Below, one piece after another: positions 16,389 to 23,688 of a stretch of 64,000 nt of DNA. This DNA is from an uncultured Rhodobacterales bacterium (GTDB lineage: Bacteria > Pseudomonadota > Alphaproteobacteria > Rhodobacterales > Rhodobacteraceae): positions 102,238-166,237 of the forward strand of contig CAZCPY010000001.1 of assembly GCA_964499865.1 (NCBI GenBank), in the 5' to 3' direction. The translations under genes were made by a program, and so were the position numbers. Numbering within the stretch: position 1 is the stretch's first letter; the number at the start of each line of letters is the position of its first letter. The notes beneath the pieces were generated by a model that was given only the letters and a program-made list of their open reading frames with translations, had not been told where the DNA came from and did no database searches.

Positions 16389-16540
16389 TGTTTCCTTCCC
16401 TTTCCATTCCCGTCGTGCGAGCCTGACCCGAGCCCATATGCTCGACTTTTAGATCGATTATTTTTACAGGCGCGCCGCTTACGACCGCCTCCATATCCTT
16501 GGCCTGTTCGAGAAAACTTGGTGTCGTAGTTTATTTTCAT
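16385..16540 (-). CDS. basic Gly-rich small protein, array 1 member 1 (51 aa)
   Basis: Not in the ORF track because it is under 60 aa. ATG at 16540. Product is MKINYDTKFSRTGQGYGGGRKRRACKNNRSKSRAYGLGSGSHDGNGKGRKQ, which shares the family N- and C-terminal ends. Shine-Dalgarno signal is weak. Confidence 0.45.
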   Translation of the reverse strand: MKINYDTKFSRTGQGYGGGRKRRACKNNRSKSRAYGLGSGSHDGNGKGRKQ

Positions 16541-16572
16541 CCGAGTGTTTTGTAATGAATAAAGAATAGAGT

Positions 16573-16599
16573 AGCGCTCCCGATTTTACTCGGGAGCGC
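16573..16599 (-). terminator. hairpin between gene 16605..16928 and array 1
   Basis: AGCGCTCCCG-ATTTTACT-CGGGAGCGC forms a 9-10-bp stem 6 nt after the stop. The U-tract is weak, so it may only attenuate. Confidence 0.45.
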
Positions 16600-16604
16600 G
16601 AATC

Positions 16605-16928
16605 TCACAGCCGCTTTGCCGCGCGCACAACAAGGCACATAGCCTTGAGGCGCCGGCGGCGCGCCTTCGCAGACGGTACAGATTGGAACCCGTACCCGCT
16701 GCGAAGCTGCAGATGCAGCGGCCGCACATACTGCATCAAAGTCGCCCGGTTCTTCACCGTGCGATTCTCCAATGCAACCATGACCGCCTCGAGGATGGTC
16801 ATGGCGTACAGCCGCTGGTGCGGCTTGGTACGTCTGCTGACTTTCGCAGCCCTGCTAAGAGCTGCGACGACCCACGCCGGATCAAGCGGCGCGGTCTTCA
16901 AGCGCTCGAGCGCTTCTGTGTATAGCAT
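16605..16928 (-). CDS. hypothetical protein
   Basis: 107-aa ORF with ATG start. First gene downstream of the promoter-like motif at 17103. Confidence 0.55.
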   Translation of the reverse strand: MLYTEALERLKTAPLDPAWVVAALSRAAKVSRRTKPHQRLYAMTILEAVMVALENRTVKNRATLMQYVRPLHLQLRSGYGFQSVPSAKARRRRLKAMCLVVRAAKRL

Positions 16929-17102
16929 TAGACCTCCAGGGTCTATTAGCGTGTACTGACAGGAGTTCGCCTGTCTCGTTTGCGGAACCGGTTCCGCTTA
17001 GTTAGCCGAAGATGCGTCGACTCACAGTCTTCGGAGCAAGCAATACCCGCTTTCGAGCAGTCGAACTCGATAGCAGGTTTAGCGACAGGTTTCTGTCACA
17101 TA

Positions 17103-17116
17103 ACTTATGCCACAAA
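17103..17116 (-). promoter_or_regulatory. promoter-like motif TTTGTGGCATAAGT
   Basis: Minus strand reads GGAAAATACCGGGTGATTTGTGGCATAAGTTATG within a 255-nt intergenic region. Confidence 0.4.
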
Positions 17117-17183
17117 TCACCCGGTATTTTCCTATCACGGATCGTCGATTTGGGGCTAGCTCGTTCCCACATAGTTACGGCTG

Positions 17184-17456
17184 CTATTCCGAAGCGAACA
17201 AGATGTCGGCGGGGCGCGCCCATTCAACGTCTGCGCGCATAGTCCATATCGTGAGTCTGCCTATTTCGTAGATCCGTATTGCGGAGATTTTTAATAGGTA
17301 TCGAGAATACTTTCTCGGCATGATTGCTGGTGATTTCCACTTATCAGTAGATGAATTAAACCAGCGCTTATCGTCTTGCTCAGCTTCATACAGTACTTTA
17401 ATACCGTCTTTTCCGTTCTTGTCAGTCCAGTTTACAGGCAAGAATGCTTCACGCAC
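17184..17456 (-). CDS. hypothetical protein
   Basis: 90-aa ORF whose GTG start directly abuts the upstream stop (TAGGTG). Confidence 0.45.
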   Translation of the reverse strand: MREAFLPVNWTDKNGKDGIKVLYEAEQDDKRWFNSSTDKWKSPAIMPRKYSRYLLKISAIRIYEIGRLTIWTMRADVEWARPADILFASE

Positions 17457-17960
17457 CTACAAGTAAGAACCGACTTGCCTGAACGGTGTAACTACTTGTT
17501 CGAGTGGCTTTTGTTTAGGCTCTAGCAGTAATTCGTTCACCAGTTCAATATCTTTTGGCGTGAATACTCTACGTTTCGAGCCGTCAGAGTTGCTGGTTAC
17601 TTTAGACCAGTCCACTACTTTAGATTTATTGACGTGTTTGCCGTTTTTCAAGAAGCCAATGTCGACATCGTCTAGTGTCAAGGGTTTAGCTGACACACGC
17701 TGTGCACGACGAGCCGCCTCGTTCACGCGAACTTGGTCAAGGCTGAACGCGCGCTCAACACTTAGTAACCCCGGCAAATCGACCATCTCCGTGGCGTCAC
17801 CCGCGCATGCGTTTTGAATAGCAGCCCATGCGTCCGCAAGCTCAGATGATGATTTTATCTGAGACATAGCCGGCTTAGCTTCAGTTACATACCAATCTGT
17901 GATATCTTTGGTCGCTTTGTAATAGGCGTCAGCCAGTACCTTGAGTTTTTTAAGATCCAT
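17457..17960 (-). CDS. hypothetical protein
   Basis: 167-aa ORF with ATG start in the co-oriented block. Confidence 0.6.
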   Translation of the reverse strand: MDLKKLKVLADAYYKATKDITDWYVTEAKPAMSQIKSSSELADAWAAIQNACAGDATEMVDLPGLLSVERAFSLDQVRVNEAARRAQRVSAKPLTLDDVDIGFLKNGKHVNKSKVVDWSKVTSNSDGSKRRVFTPKDIELVNELLLEPKQKPLEQVVTPFRQVGSYL

Positions 17961-17998
17961 GTACAGTTGTGCTTAGTCAGATGATTTGCGCGTCGGCG

Positions 17999-18301
17999 TC
18001 ATGTAGCCGTGTAAGCTTCGTCATTCAAGGCTGTCTCGAACCGTATTGCGTTTCGTTTAGGTTCGTATCCATAATTGACGAGTACGTAATTCTGTATGGC
18101 AAGTTCTTCCGTCGCCCGCGCTACAAGCCCGAGTTTGTTCATTTCTGAGTGAAAATACTCCCAATACTCTTTAAGAATATCTTGCTCAGACATTAGACAT
18201 ATCTGTGCGGAGCCAGGCGTCTGATCGAAAGTTGGGATTATGTAGTACCGAGTACTATCTAGAGCTGAAGTCGTCAAACGCGGTTCCTCGCTGGTTCTCA
18301 C
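17999..18301 (-). CDS. hypothetical protein (start uncertain; ATG at 18193 possible)
   Basis: The longest ORF overlaps the upstream gene by 47 nt. The conservative start MSEQDILKEYW gives 64 aa. Confidence 0.45.
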   Translation of the reverse strand: MRTSEEPRLTTSALDSTRYYIIPTFDQTPGSAQICLMSEQDILKEYWEYFHSEMNKLGLVARATEELAIQNYVLVNYGYEPKRNAIRFETALNDEAYTAT

Positions 18302-18455
18302 GGAATACGTTTATGTTGTCATCGTAACGTGTTCCGTAGTGAAGGATAAGCAATGTTTTGATCTTGTCTGCTGTGAGAGGCCGGGTTGTATAAACGTGTG
18401 TTAAATCGCGGCCGTTTTTTGTGATAATGTATCGACGGTAATCAACAAACGCCAT
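18255..18455 (-). CDS. hypothetical protein
   Basis: 66-aa ORF with ATG start and a 14-nt overlap with the upstream gene. Confidence 0.45.
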   Translation of the reverse strand: MAFVDYRRYIITKNGRDLTHVYTTRPLTADKIKTLLILHYGTRYDDNINVFRENQRGTAFDDFSSR

Positions 18456-18867
18456 ACTGGTCTCCTGTTCTGTAAAGAATATCGCCTCCGCTACTAAAGC
18501 CCTGAATTATAGGGAAGTACGTATCGAACTCTTTCTGTCCGAAAGCTACGTACGGCGCGATATTGCTTCCGTCGCGCCCTCTTACATACATATTCTCATG
18601 CCTGGCCAGGTACTCCTTATAGAACTGCTCATCGAGCTGGCCTACCGGTTTACTATTTGCGTCGTAGGTTCTTATTTTGGTGAACACGCCCGTTGAGTCA
18701 ATATTACGAGCAATCGCAAATGCTGGAATAATGATGTTGTGTACAGCGATTAGTTGTTGCTTAGTACTTGATTCGGAGAGTTTCAAGTAGGCGATCATTT
18801 CGTAATATGCGTGCGTGAAGTCGTTATCACCGAATATATAGAAATCGAATTCTCTATTTAGATTCAT
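18442..18867 (-). CDS. hypothetical protein
   Basis: 141-aa ORF with ATG start downstream of the hairpin at 18888-18916. Confidence 0.6.
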   Translation of the reverse strand: MNLNREFDFYIFGDNDFTHAYYEMIAYLKLSESSTKQQLIAVHNIIIPAFAIARNIDSTGVFTKIRTYDANSKPVGQLDEQFYKEYLARHENMYVRGRDGSNIAPYVAFGQKEFDTYFPIIQGFSSGGDILYRTGDQYGVC

Positions 18868-18887
18868 GTTATGTAAACGTAATGAAT

Positions 18888-18916
18888 AGACCTGCCCGGC
18901 TCTACCGGGCAGGTCT
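18888..18916 (-). terminator. 12-bp-stem hairpin, terminator candidate
   Basis: AGACCTGCCCGG-CTCTA-CCGGGCAGGTCT lies 6 nt after the stop at 18922. Confidence 0.5.
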
Positions 18917-18921
18917 TTGAG

Positions 18922-19542
18922 TCATTGCAATTTCAATCGCGTCACGTCAGAGGCGCTGAGAGTTGTCAATTTCTCAACGACTCTTTCCGGGCGGCCCGAA
19001 CCGTCGTGAAGGTAGGCGACGCTTCTGACGCTCACGGTGTGCCGAGCCACTCGATACCACTTACCGTCGATACGTTTGTATTCGACGCCATTGTGAATCA
19101 CGGACTTGTCAACAGCTTCCGAGTGTCGTTTCCGCCATTCGATTTTTTCACGCCTGCTTTCTCGCTGGCGATTCCGAAGGACTCCGAACTCGTCAACATA
19201 CAACCCGTAAGTAGCATACTTGAGGTGGTGCGCGCTATGGGACACGCTGTTTTTGATGTGCCCCATAATGTGCTCTTGACCCCAACTCGTCGCGAGATTT
19301 TTTGCGTCGCCAAGCACGCTATCCCACGGACGGCCGATCTGCGTTTTGAGCCAGCGCATCAAAGGCTGCAAATGGTCTCGGAAGTATTTGCTCTTCGATC
19401 CCACTTTCATTCCAAGACGGCCGGTCAGATCTTCTTCGCGTTTTTCGCTTCGAGGTTTCCGCTTGTAGTACATACGGCCGGTACCTTTGAAGTGGCCGGC
19501 CTGCACGATCAACTTGTTGTAGTTTTTACGGCCGTATCTCAT
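18922..19542 (-). CDS. hypothetical, very basic protein
   Basis: 206-aa ORF with ATG start, rich in Arg, Lys and His. Confidence 0.6.
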   Translation of the reverse strand: MRYGRKNYNKLIVQAGHFKGTGRMYYKRKPRSEKREEDLTGRLGMKVGSKSKYFRDHLQPLMRWLKTQIGRPWDSVLGDAKNLATSWGQEHIMGHIKNSVSHSAHHLKYATYGLYVDEFGVLRNRQRESRREKIEWRKRHSEAVDKSVIHNGVEYKRIDGKWYRVARHTVSVRSVAYLHDGSGRPERVVEKLTTLSASDVTRLKLQ

Positions 19543-19552
19543 GAATCTAGGG

Positions 19553-19912
19553 CTAGCTAGAGAGGGAGTGCAGGATTTGACTCAGTTTGTTTTCAACACT
19601 GTGTCCGAGCGCTTTTGCCTCTAATCCGTACCGCTGAATGCTGCGCTGGGCGCTAGCGAGCTCGGATTGAATTCTCGTTATGTCAGCTTGTGCTGTGGTG
19701 GAGGCGCGTTGTAACGTCCGTACAGCCTCCTGCAATTTACTCTTCAACTCAGCGATCAACTCGATCGCTTCGGCGTGTTGATTTAGTAGCCGACATAGTT
19801 CGGCGCCGCTCAGAAGACCGTCGACACCGTATGCGATATGGATTCCGTCCTTGGTTTTGACGAAAGTCCCTTCAGGTTGAAACGGCCCGTGGTCTTTTGT
19901 GAATGTGTCCAT
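19553..19912 (-). CDS. hypothetical coiled-coil protein
   Basis: 119-aa ORF with ATG start and a heptad-like Leu/Ala/Glu/Gln-rich C-terminal half. Confidence 0.55.
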   Translation of the reverse strand: MDTFTKDHGPFQPEGTFVKTKDGIHIAYGVDGLLSGAELCRLLNQHAEAIELIAELKSKLQEAVRTLQRASTTAQADITRIQSELASAQRSIQRYGLEAKALGHSVENKLSQILHSLSS

Positions 19913-19921
19913 GTCCGCCGG

Positions 19922-20251
19922 TTATTGCGAGGGGTGGATGGCTTTGATGAGCTCTGAGTGTTGGTGGAACTGTTTATCTAGATTTTCTAAGTGGTCCACG
20001 CACCAGTTTTTGATTTCCCAGTCCTTATCTTCGATTTCCTTACGCAATACATTCAGCTGCGATTCGTAGTACGAAGCGACGCTGTCCGTGTAGTTTTCGG
20101 TCCGCTCGATCATGATGATCATGACGACCATAGATACGGTGAAGGCGCCGAGTGAATAGGCGTAAGGACGAACACCGTCCGGGTCTTTCCAAACGATCAG
20201 AGCGGGGATGAAGCCGGCGAGGAATGCGCCAATCAGAAGTGCAGTAAGCAT
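19922..20251 (-). CDS. membrane protein (two hydrophobic segments)
   Basis: MLTALLIGAFLAGFIPALIV and LGAFTVSMVVMIIMI look like transmembrane stretches. ATG start. Confidence 0.6.
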   Translation of the reverse strand: MLTALLIGAFLAGFIPALIVWKDPDGVRPYAYSLGAFTVSMVVMIIMIERTENYTDSVASYYESQLNVLRKEIEDKDWEIKNWCVDHLENLDKQFHQHSELIKAIHPSQ

Positions 20252-20285
20252 GTTGTTTGTGTGGTGTATAACTTTGATGGGATGG

Positions 20286-20315
20286 TACCCACCCGACCTA
20301 GCGGTCGGGTGGGTA
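20286..20315 (-). terminator. 13-bp-stem hairpin
   Basis: TACCCACCCGACC-TAGC-GGTCGGGTGGGTA lies directly after the stop at 20321. There is no U-tract, so terminator function is uncertain. Confidence 0.4.
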
Positions 20316-20320
20316 ATCTT

Positions 20321-20800
20321 CTACAGGTGAACTACGGTCAGCCCGGCATGGCGAAGTCGCCTTGCGACTTCTTTTGACTGCTGTTCAACCTCTCCCCCCT
20401 CCTTAAATAGCAGGATGCCGACTGTCTGGAGTTCGGACTGCTCGAGGAGCTGATCGAGGAGATCTTCGACCGACTCGTAGCGGGTCGATGTGGACCGCAG
20501 GGTGATTCCTACCTTCTCCCCGATGACCACTAGATCCAGCTTCGGATCTCGTGGGCGCTTCAGGAACTCGCTCAGTGTCGGCTGCGCCGCCGCCTGCTCC
20601 GCCGCGAGTTTGGCGGCCGCATTCTTCGCGGCCACCTCAGCCCAGGTCAGCTTCGTCTGGGCTTCGAGAAGACACGCCCTGTGGTGCGCCTCGTTCTCGA
20701 CGGTCTCCGCGCCTATCCAGAGCGCGTACGAGGCCGCGATGAGCGACATCGTGGCGCCGAGCTTCAGGACGATCGAGACGAACTGTTGGAACTTCTGCAT
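20321..20800 (-). CDS. membrane-anchored protein (faint ExbD/TolR-like C-terminal pattern)
   Basis: Start trimmed to the ATG at 20800 (MQKFQQF), preceded by TAGGAGGTACC. The upstream 66 nt of the track ORF is the conserved leader. One N-terminal transmembrane segment. Confidence 0.6.
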   Translation of the reverse strand: MQKFQQFVSIVLKLGATMSLIAASYALWIGAETVENEAHHRACLLEAQTKLTWAEVAAKNAAAKLAAEQAAAQPTLSEFLKRPRDPKLDLVVIGEKVGITLRSTSTRYESVEDLLDQLLEQSELQTVGILLFKEGGEVEQQSKEVARRLRHAGLTVVHL

Positions 20801-20900
20801 GGTACCTCCTAGTACTTGCAGTTCTGTCGCAATCCTTGCGACGAGGGAGTAAGTAGAATTACCCACTCATTTACTTATGCCACAAATGGGGGTATTTTTT
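20801..20900 (-). promoter_or_regulatory. conserved promoter plus structured 5' leader, copy 1
   Basis: A 100-nt block matches 44110-44209 at 92 of 100 positions. It holds an A-tract, TTTGTGGCATAAGT, two hairpins and the Shine-Dalgarno sequence TAGGAGG. Confidence 0.55.
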
Positions 20901-20903
20901 ACT

Positions 20904-20936
20904 AAAAAAAGACAGACCCACCGAAGTGAGCCTGTC
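20904..20936 (-). terminator. Rho-independent terminator
   Basis: Minus strand reads GACAGGCTCAC-TTCG-GTGGGTCTGTC followed by T7, downstream of the stop at 20960. Confidence 0.65.
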
Positions 20937-20959
20937 TTTTCAGCATCAAAACGCGGTGA

Positions 20960-21580
20960 TCACGTTTCGACGTCGACCGGTGTGGTTGGTTTCAGGTTCA
21001 TAACCCACCGTCTAGCACTGGCGGCTTTGTTGTGACTGGCTGGTACAAGGTGTACATACTTCCGTTTGGTAGACGGGCACGTCACCCGCAGCAGCCGTAC
21101 TTGGAGGTTCTGGTCTCTCGACGCGTACAGCGCGCCGTCGGGCCCGTCCTCGTCGCCGTCCAGCAATTTACCAAGCACTACCTGCCACGCATCGAAAGCA
21201 TCCAACATGCGGGCCCGTAGCATTGAATCGTCGATCTTGATGATATCAAGACCGATGTCTTTACGAAGCTGGTCGGCTTCGTCGCTGTGTTGGTCCATTT
21301 CCGCGTACCTGGCGTAGTGCTGCCAGATGAGGCGCGCGGTGAGTGCGTCAGCGACCATTCCGCCAACGCTGGCACTGTGACCAGCATTTGACGAGACGAC
21401 CACTATTCCGTTTCCCAAGTTTTGGGCGGTCACCCACTCTCCCTGAACAGCCAGGTTAGGAAGTGCGTATCCACCAGGGATCTCTACGCGTTCCGGACCC
21501 CATCCGCGAAGAGGGACATTGTTATTGAACGCCTTCGCAGCGTACGGACCGACTTCGTATGCGTGAACCGGTTTTAGCAT
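20960..21580 (-). CDS. hypothetical protein
   Basis: 206-aa ORF with ATG start, abutting the upstream gene with a 1-nt gap. Confidence 0.6.
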   Translation of the reverse strand: MLKPVHAYEVGPYAAKAFNNNVPLRGWGPERVEIPGGYALPNLAVQGEWVTAQNLGNGIVVVSSNAGHSASVGGMVADALTARLIWQHYARYAEMDQHSDEADQLRKDIGLDIIKIDDSMLRARMLDAFDAWQVVLGKLLDGDEDGPDGALYASRDQNLQVRLLRVTCPSTKRKYVHLVPASHNKAASARRWVMNLKPTTPVDVET

Positions 21581-21581
21581 A

Positions 21582-21986
21582 TTAGATCAGTTTTTCCTTC
21601 TTCGCCAACGCTTCAAGCGCCTTGATGGAAGGCTCTTGTCCGAGTGTGGAGTCTTCCATCACCGGAAGAGTGATCGCGGCGACGCTCATGTGGTGGAGAG
21701 TCGCAGCAGGCGTGTGGTAGTTCGGTTTCGCGGTCCTGGATACGCAAAGCTCCGCCAGACCTTGAGTGGTACCCCACTCCGCGACGCCAGGTCCGACCAC
21801 GATGAGCATGTCGCCGACGCGCCAAGTGAGCCCGGCCCGCGTCCAAGAGCCAGTTGTATGCGTCGCACAGATACCAAGGTAGACGCTATTGGGGCCCTTA
21901 ATACTCGCGTAGGCCCACGGGCCCACGATTTCCGCGAAGGTTCTGCTGTCGGTGGTCGAGGTAGGATCTTTCTTTGCTGTCTTCAT
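21582..21986 (-). CDS. hypothetical protein
   Basis: 134-aa ORF with ATG start. Confidence 0.55.
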   Translation of the reverse strand: MKTAKKDPTSTTDSRTFAEIVGPWAYASIKGPNSVYLGICATHTTGSWTRAGLTWRVGDMLIVVGPGVAEWGTTQGLAELCVSRTAKPNYHTPAATLHHMSVAAITLPVMEDSTLGQEPSIKALEALAKKEKLI

Positions 21987-22003
21987 TGTGGGGTCTGTGG
22001 TTA

Positions 22004-22432
22004 TCAGTCTTTGACTTCTCGAACGACTCCGGCCAGGTCCAACTCTTGTAGACCACTTACGTACACAGCGCTGTTTGCCGGGATGATCAGCGCTTTGTGC
22101 CGAGCGTGGGGCGCGTCAGTATGCACGATGCATACGGATTCGTGCCCGACTGTCAGCTTGAGAAGGACTTTCTCCAGCTGGCAGTTCTTCGGCACCGACG
22201 GGTTGCTGGTCACCGTGAAGCGACCAAGAGCGACGTGGTCACCGTGCGCGCCGGTAGCAACAGAGTATGCAGCATCCGGCAGCTCGTCGGTGATTTCTTT
22301 GGGATCCAGAGGCAGGACGTGGATCATGAGATCACCCTGCCTCGCAATTTGTCCGATTGCTACCTCCGCGCCGCCAAAGGCGGGGTCGTTTCGGATTGCC
22401 GTGGCGATTTGATGGCGTTGTTGTGTTTGCAT
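22004..22432 (-). CDS. hypothetical protein
   Basis: 142-aa ORF with ATG start. First gene downstream of array 2. Confidence 0.55.
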   Translation of the reverse strand: MQTQQRHQIATAIRNDPAFGGAEVAIGQIARQGDLMIHVLPLDPKEITDELPDAAYSVATGAHGDHVALGRFTVTSNPSVPKNCQLEKVLLKLTVGHESVCIVHTDAPHARHKALIIPANSAVYVSGLQELDLAGVVREVKD

Positions 22433-22661
22433 GTTTTTAGAAAAGACTGTGCTAGTTACTGTGCACAGGGTGTTGCGGTTCGCTACTGTGATTTACCGGT
22501 GTGCCTTGCTTTTTAAGCAGTTTATCCGACTCTGACTTGAGGTCAAACATTCTTTGGTTATGTAACCGCTTGCATACCCAAGAACATTCCTACCCCTGTA
22601 CGTATGTTGTTCTGTTCTAAGGCACTGGTCATCGTGTCGGTATACACGACGTCACCTGTGT

Positions 22662-22712
22662 CTAGTTTCGTGCGCGGTCCGACGGCCGCGAGCCTATGGC
22701 ACGAATCTTCAA
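22662..22712 (-). pseudogene. 16-codon remnant of a further array 2 member
   Basis: The usual TTGA junction follows member E, but the frame reads MKIRAIGSRPSDRARN and then stops. Confidence 0.3.
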
Positions 22713-22885
22713 TGTGTATCTGCTTTTCCATTTCCATTCAAATTCGGACTCCAACGCCCATATCCATGTCCGACCCCATTCCCATCCCGTCTCTCGACCC
22801 CGCACCCACGCCTACGCCAACTCCCGTACCCTTGTCCTTTTCCAGATCCACGCCAAACGCCACTTCCGTAGTCATTAATCTTCAA
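22709..22885 (-). CDS. Gly/Tyr-rich small protein, array 2 member E (58 aa)
   Basis: TTGA overlap with AAAGGAG upstream. Product is MKINDYGSGVWRGSGKGQGYG…NLNGNGKADTH. Confidence 0.6.
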   Translation of the reverse strand: MKINDYGSGVWRGSGKGQGYGSWRRRGCGVERRDGNGVGHGYGRWSPNLNGNGKADTH

Positions 22886-23070
22886 TGTTTTACTCCTTTT
22901 CCGTTTCCATTCCTGTTGTGATCCCCATGCCCATACCCGTCTCCATACTTGTCCCCATCCCCATAGCCACTCCCGGAACCGAACCCACTGCGTCTCCCAT
23001 ACCAATTCCCGATTCCGTATCCGCGACCATATTCACACCAATCGCCAGTTCCGTAGTCGTCGATCTTCAA
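22882..23070 (-). CDS. Gly/Tyr-rich small protein, array 2 member D (62 aa)
   Basis: TTGA overlap. Product is MKIDDYGTGDWCEYGRGYGIGNWYG…HNRNGNGKGVKH. Confidence 0.65.
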   Translation of the reverse strand: MKIDDYGTGDWCEYGRGYGIGNWYGRRSGFGSGSGYGDGDKYGDGYGHGDHNRNGNGKGVKH

Positions 23071-23261
23071 TGTTTTCTTCCTCTGCCTCTTCCGTAGAAA
23101 GTTCCGGTGCCGACCCCATGTCCGTCTCCATTTTCAGATTCGGATCCGTTTCCCCAACCGTCCCCATTCCAACTCCCGCCTGCGCGCCCATCTCCGTACC
23201 CATATCCATAACCGTACCCATTTGCGAATCTGTTTCCATTTCCGAAATCGTTAATCTTCAA
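23067..23261 (-). CDS. Gly/Tyr-rich small protein, array 2 member C (64 aa)
   Basis: TTGA overlap. Product is MKINDFGNGNRFANGYGYGYGYGDG…GTGTFYGRGRGRKH. Confidence 0.65.
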   Translation of the reverse strand: MKINDFGNGNRFANGYGYGYGYGDGRAGGSWNGDGWGNGSESENGDGHGVGTGTFYGRGRGRKH

Positions 23262-23452
23262 TGTTTTCTTCCGCAGTCAAGTCGGTTACTGAATTCTCCC
23301 CCTTTTCCTCTTCCGTTCCCATTCGGGTAGGCAGACCCGAATCCATAGCCATTTCCATCCCGATGCCCAGCCCAACTACCAGACCCACATCCGTGCCCAT
23401 TTCCATACAAATATCCGGACGTACATCCATATCCACAGTTCTTAATATTCAA
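23258..23452 (-). CDS. Gly/Tyr-rich small protein, array 2 member B (64 aa)
   Basis: TTGA overlap. Product is MNIKNCGYGCTSGYLYGNGHGCGSGSW…FSNRLDCGRKH. Confidence 0.6.
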   Translation of the reverse strand: MNIKNCGYGCTSGYLYGNGHGCGSGSWAGHRDGNGYGFGSAYPNGNGRGKGGEFSNRLDCGRKH

Positions 23453-23598
23453 TGTTTTCCTCCTATGCCTCCTTCTCTCCAGGTGCCAGGTCCACCATAC
23501 CCATACCCGCACCAACCACCATACCAATGCCCGTTCTCGTTTCTATACCAATATACAGGGTCGCGCAGTTCGCCGTATCCGCGATTGTTAATCTTCAA
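23449..23598 (-). CDS. Gly/Tyr-rich small protein, array 2 member A (49 aa)
   Basis: TTG at 23598 is preceded by GGAAAAGGAGGAAAACA. Product is MKINNRGYGELRDPVYWYRNENGHWYGGWCGYGYGGPGTWREGGIGGKH. Confidence 0.6.
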   Translation of the reverse strand: MKINNRGYGELRDPVYWYRNENGHWYGGWCGYGYGGPGTWREGGIGGKH

Positions 23599-23688
23599 TG
23601 TTTTCCTCCTTTTCCGTTCACACCAAACGACGTGTTCCTTTCTAAAGTAAATTAAACTGAACAAAGTCCGTAATATACGGCTCACATA

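Noticed and set aside
14896-16529. + strand Pro-rich ORFs across array 1 (for example 14896..15129, 15093..15317 and 15870..16529), with equivalents across arrays 2 and 3, each starting at the ATG inside tcaATGttt.
   Set aside because: They are the antisense image of GGN-rich coding sequence (GGN becomes NCC, which encodes Pro). They have no purine-rich Shine-Dalgarno sequence upstream and overlap each other irregularly. All flanking genes, the stop/start overlaps and the Shine-Dalgarno spacing fit the minus strand. This is not formally excluded without expression data.
14714-16540. Regularly spaced conserved blocks of about 35 nt, which could be mistaken for a CRISPR-like or other non-coding repeat array.
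   Set aside because: The spacing is 144-204 nt and variable, far longer than CRISPR spacers. The intervening sequence keeps one open, compositionally consistent reading frame. The repeats contain a stop/start overlap and a Shine-Dalgarno sequence. No cas genes are present.
17002-17242. ORFs 17002..17223 (-) and 17012..17242 (+) in the 255-nt gap between 16928 and 17184.
   Set aside because: Both are Arg-rich and mutually antisense, and they overlap the promoter-like motif and two short palindromes (GCGGAACCGGTTCCGC at 16982-16997). I treat the region as regulatory and non-coding.
20801-20866. N-terminal extensions MGNSTYSLVAR(I/T)ATELQVLGGT of the track ORFs 20321..20866 and 43792..44175.
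   Set aside because: They would start at a non-ATG codon inside the promoter-like motif. The downstream proteins are unrelated. A perfect TAGGAGG Shine-Dalgarno sequence precedes an internal ATG. The differences between the copies include a compensatory stem change. I interpret these as a conserved non-coding leader.
21636-22412. 258-aa + strand ORF spanning two minus-strand genes.
   Set aside because: It is antisense to two well-formed, abutting minus-strand ORFs in a GC-rich stretch. Its product is rich in Arg, Ser and Cys and looks like junk. No start context.
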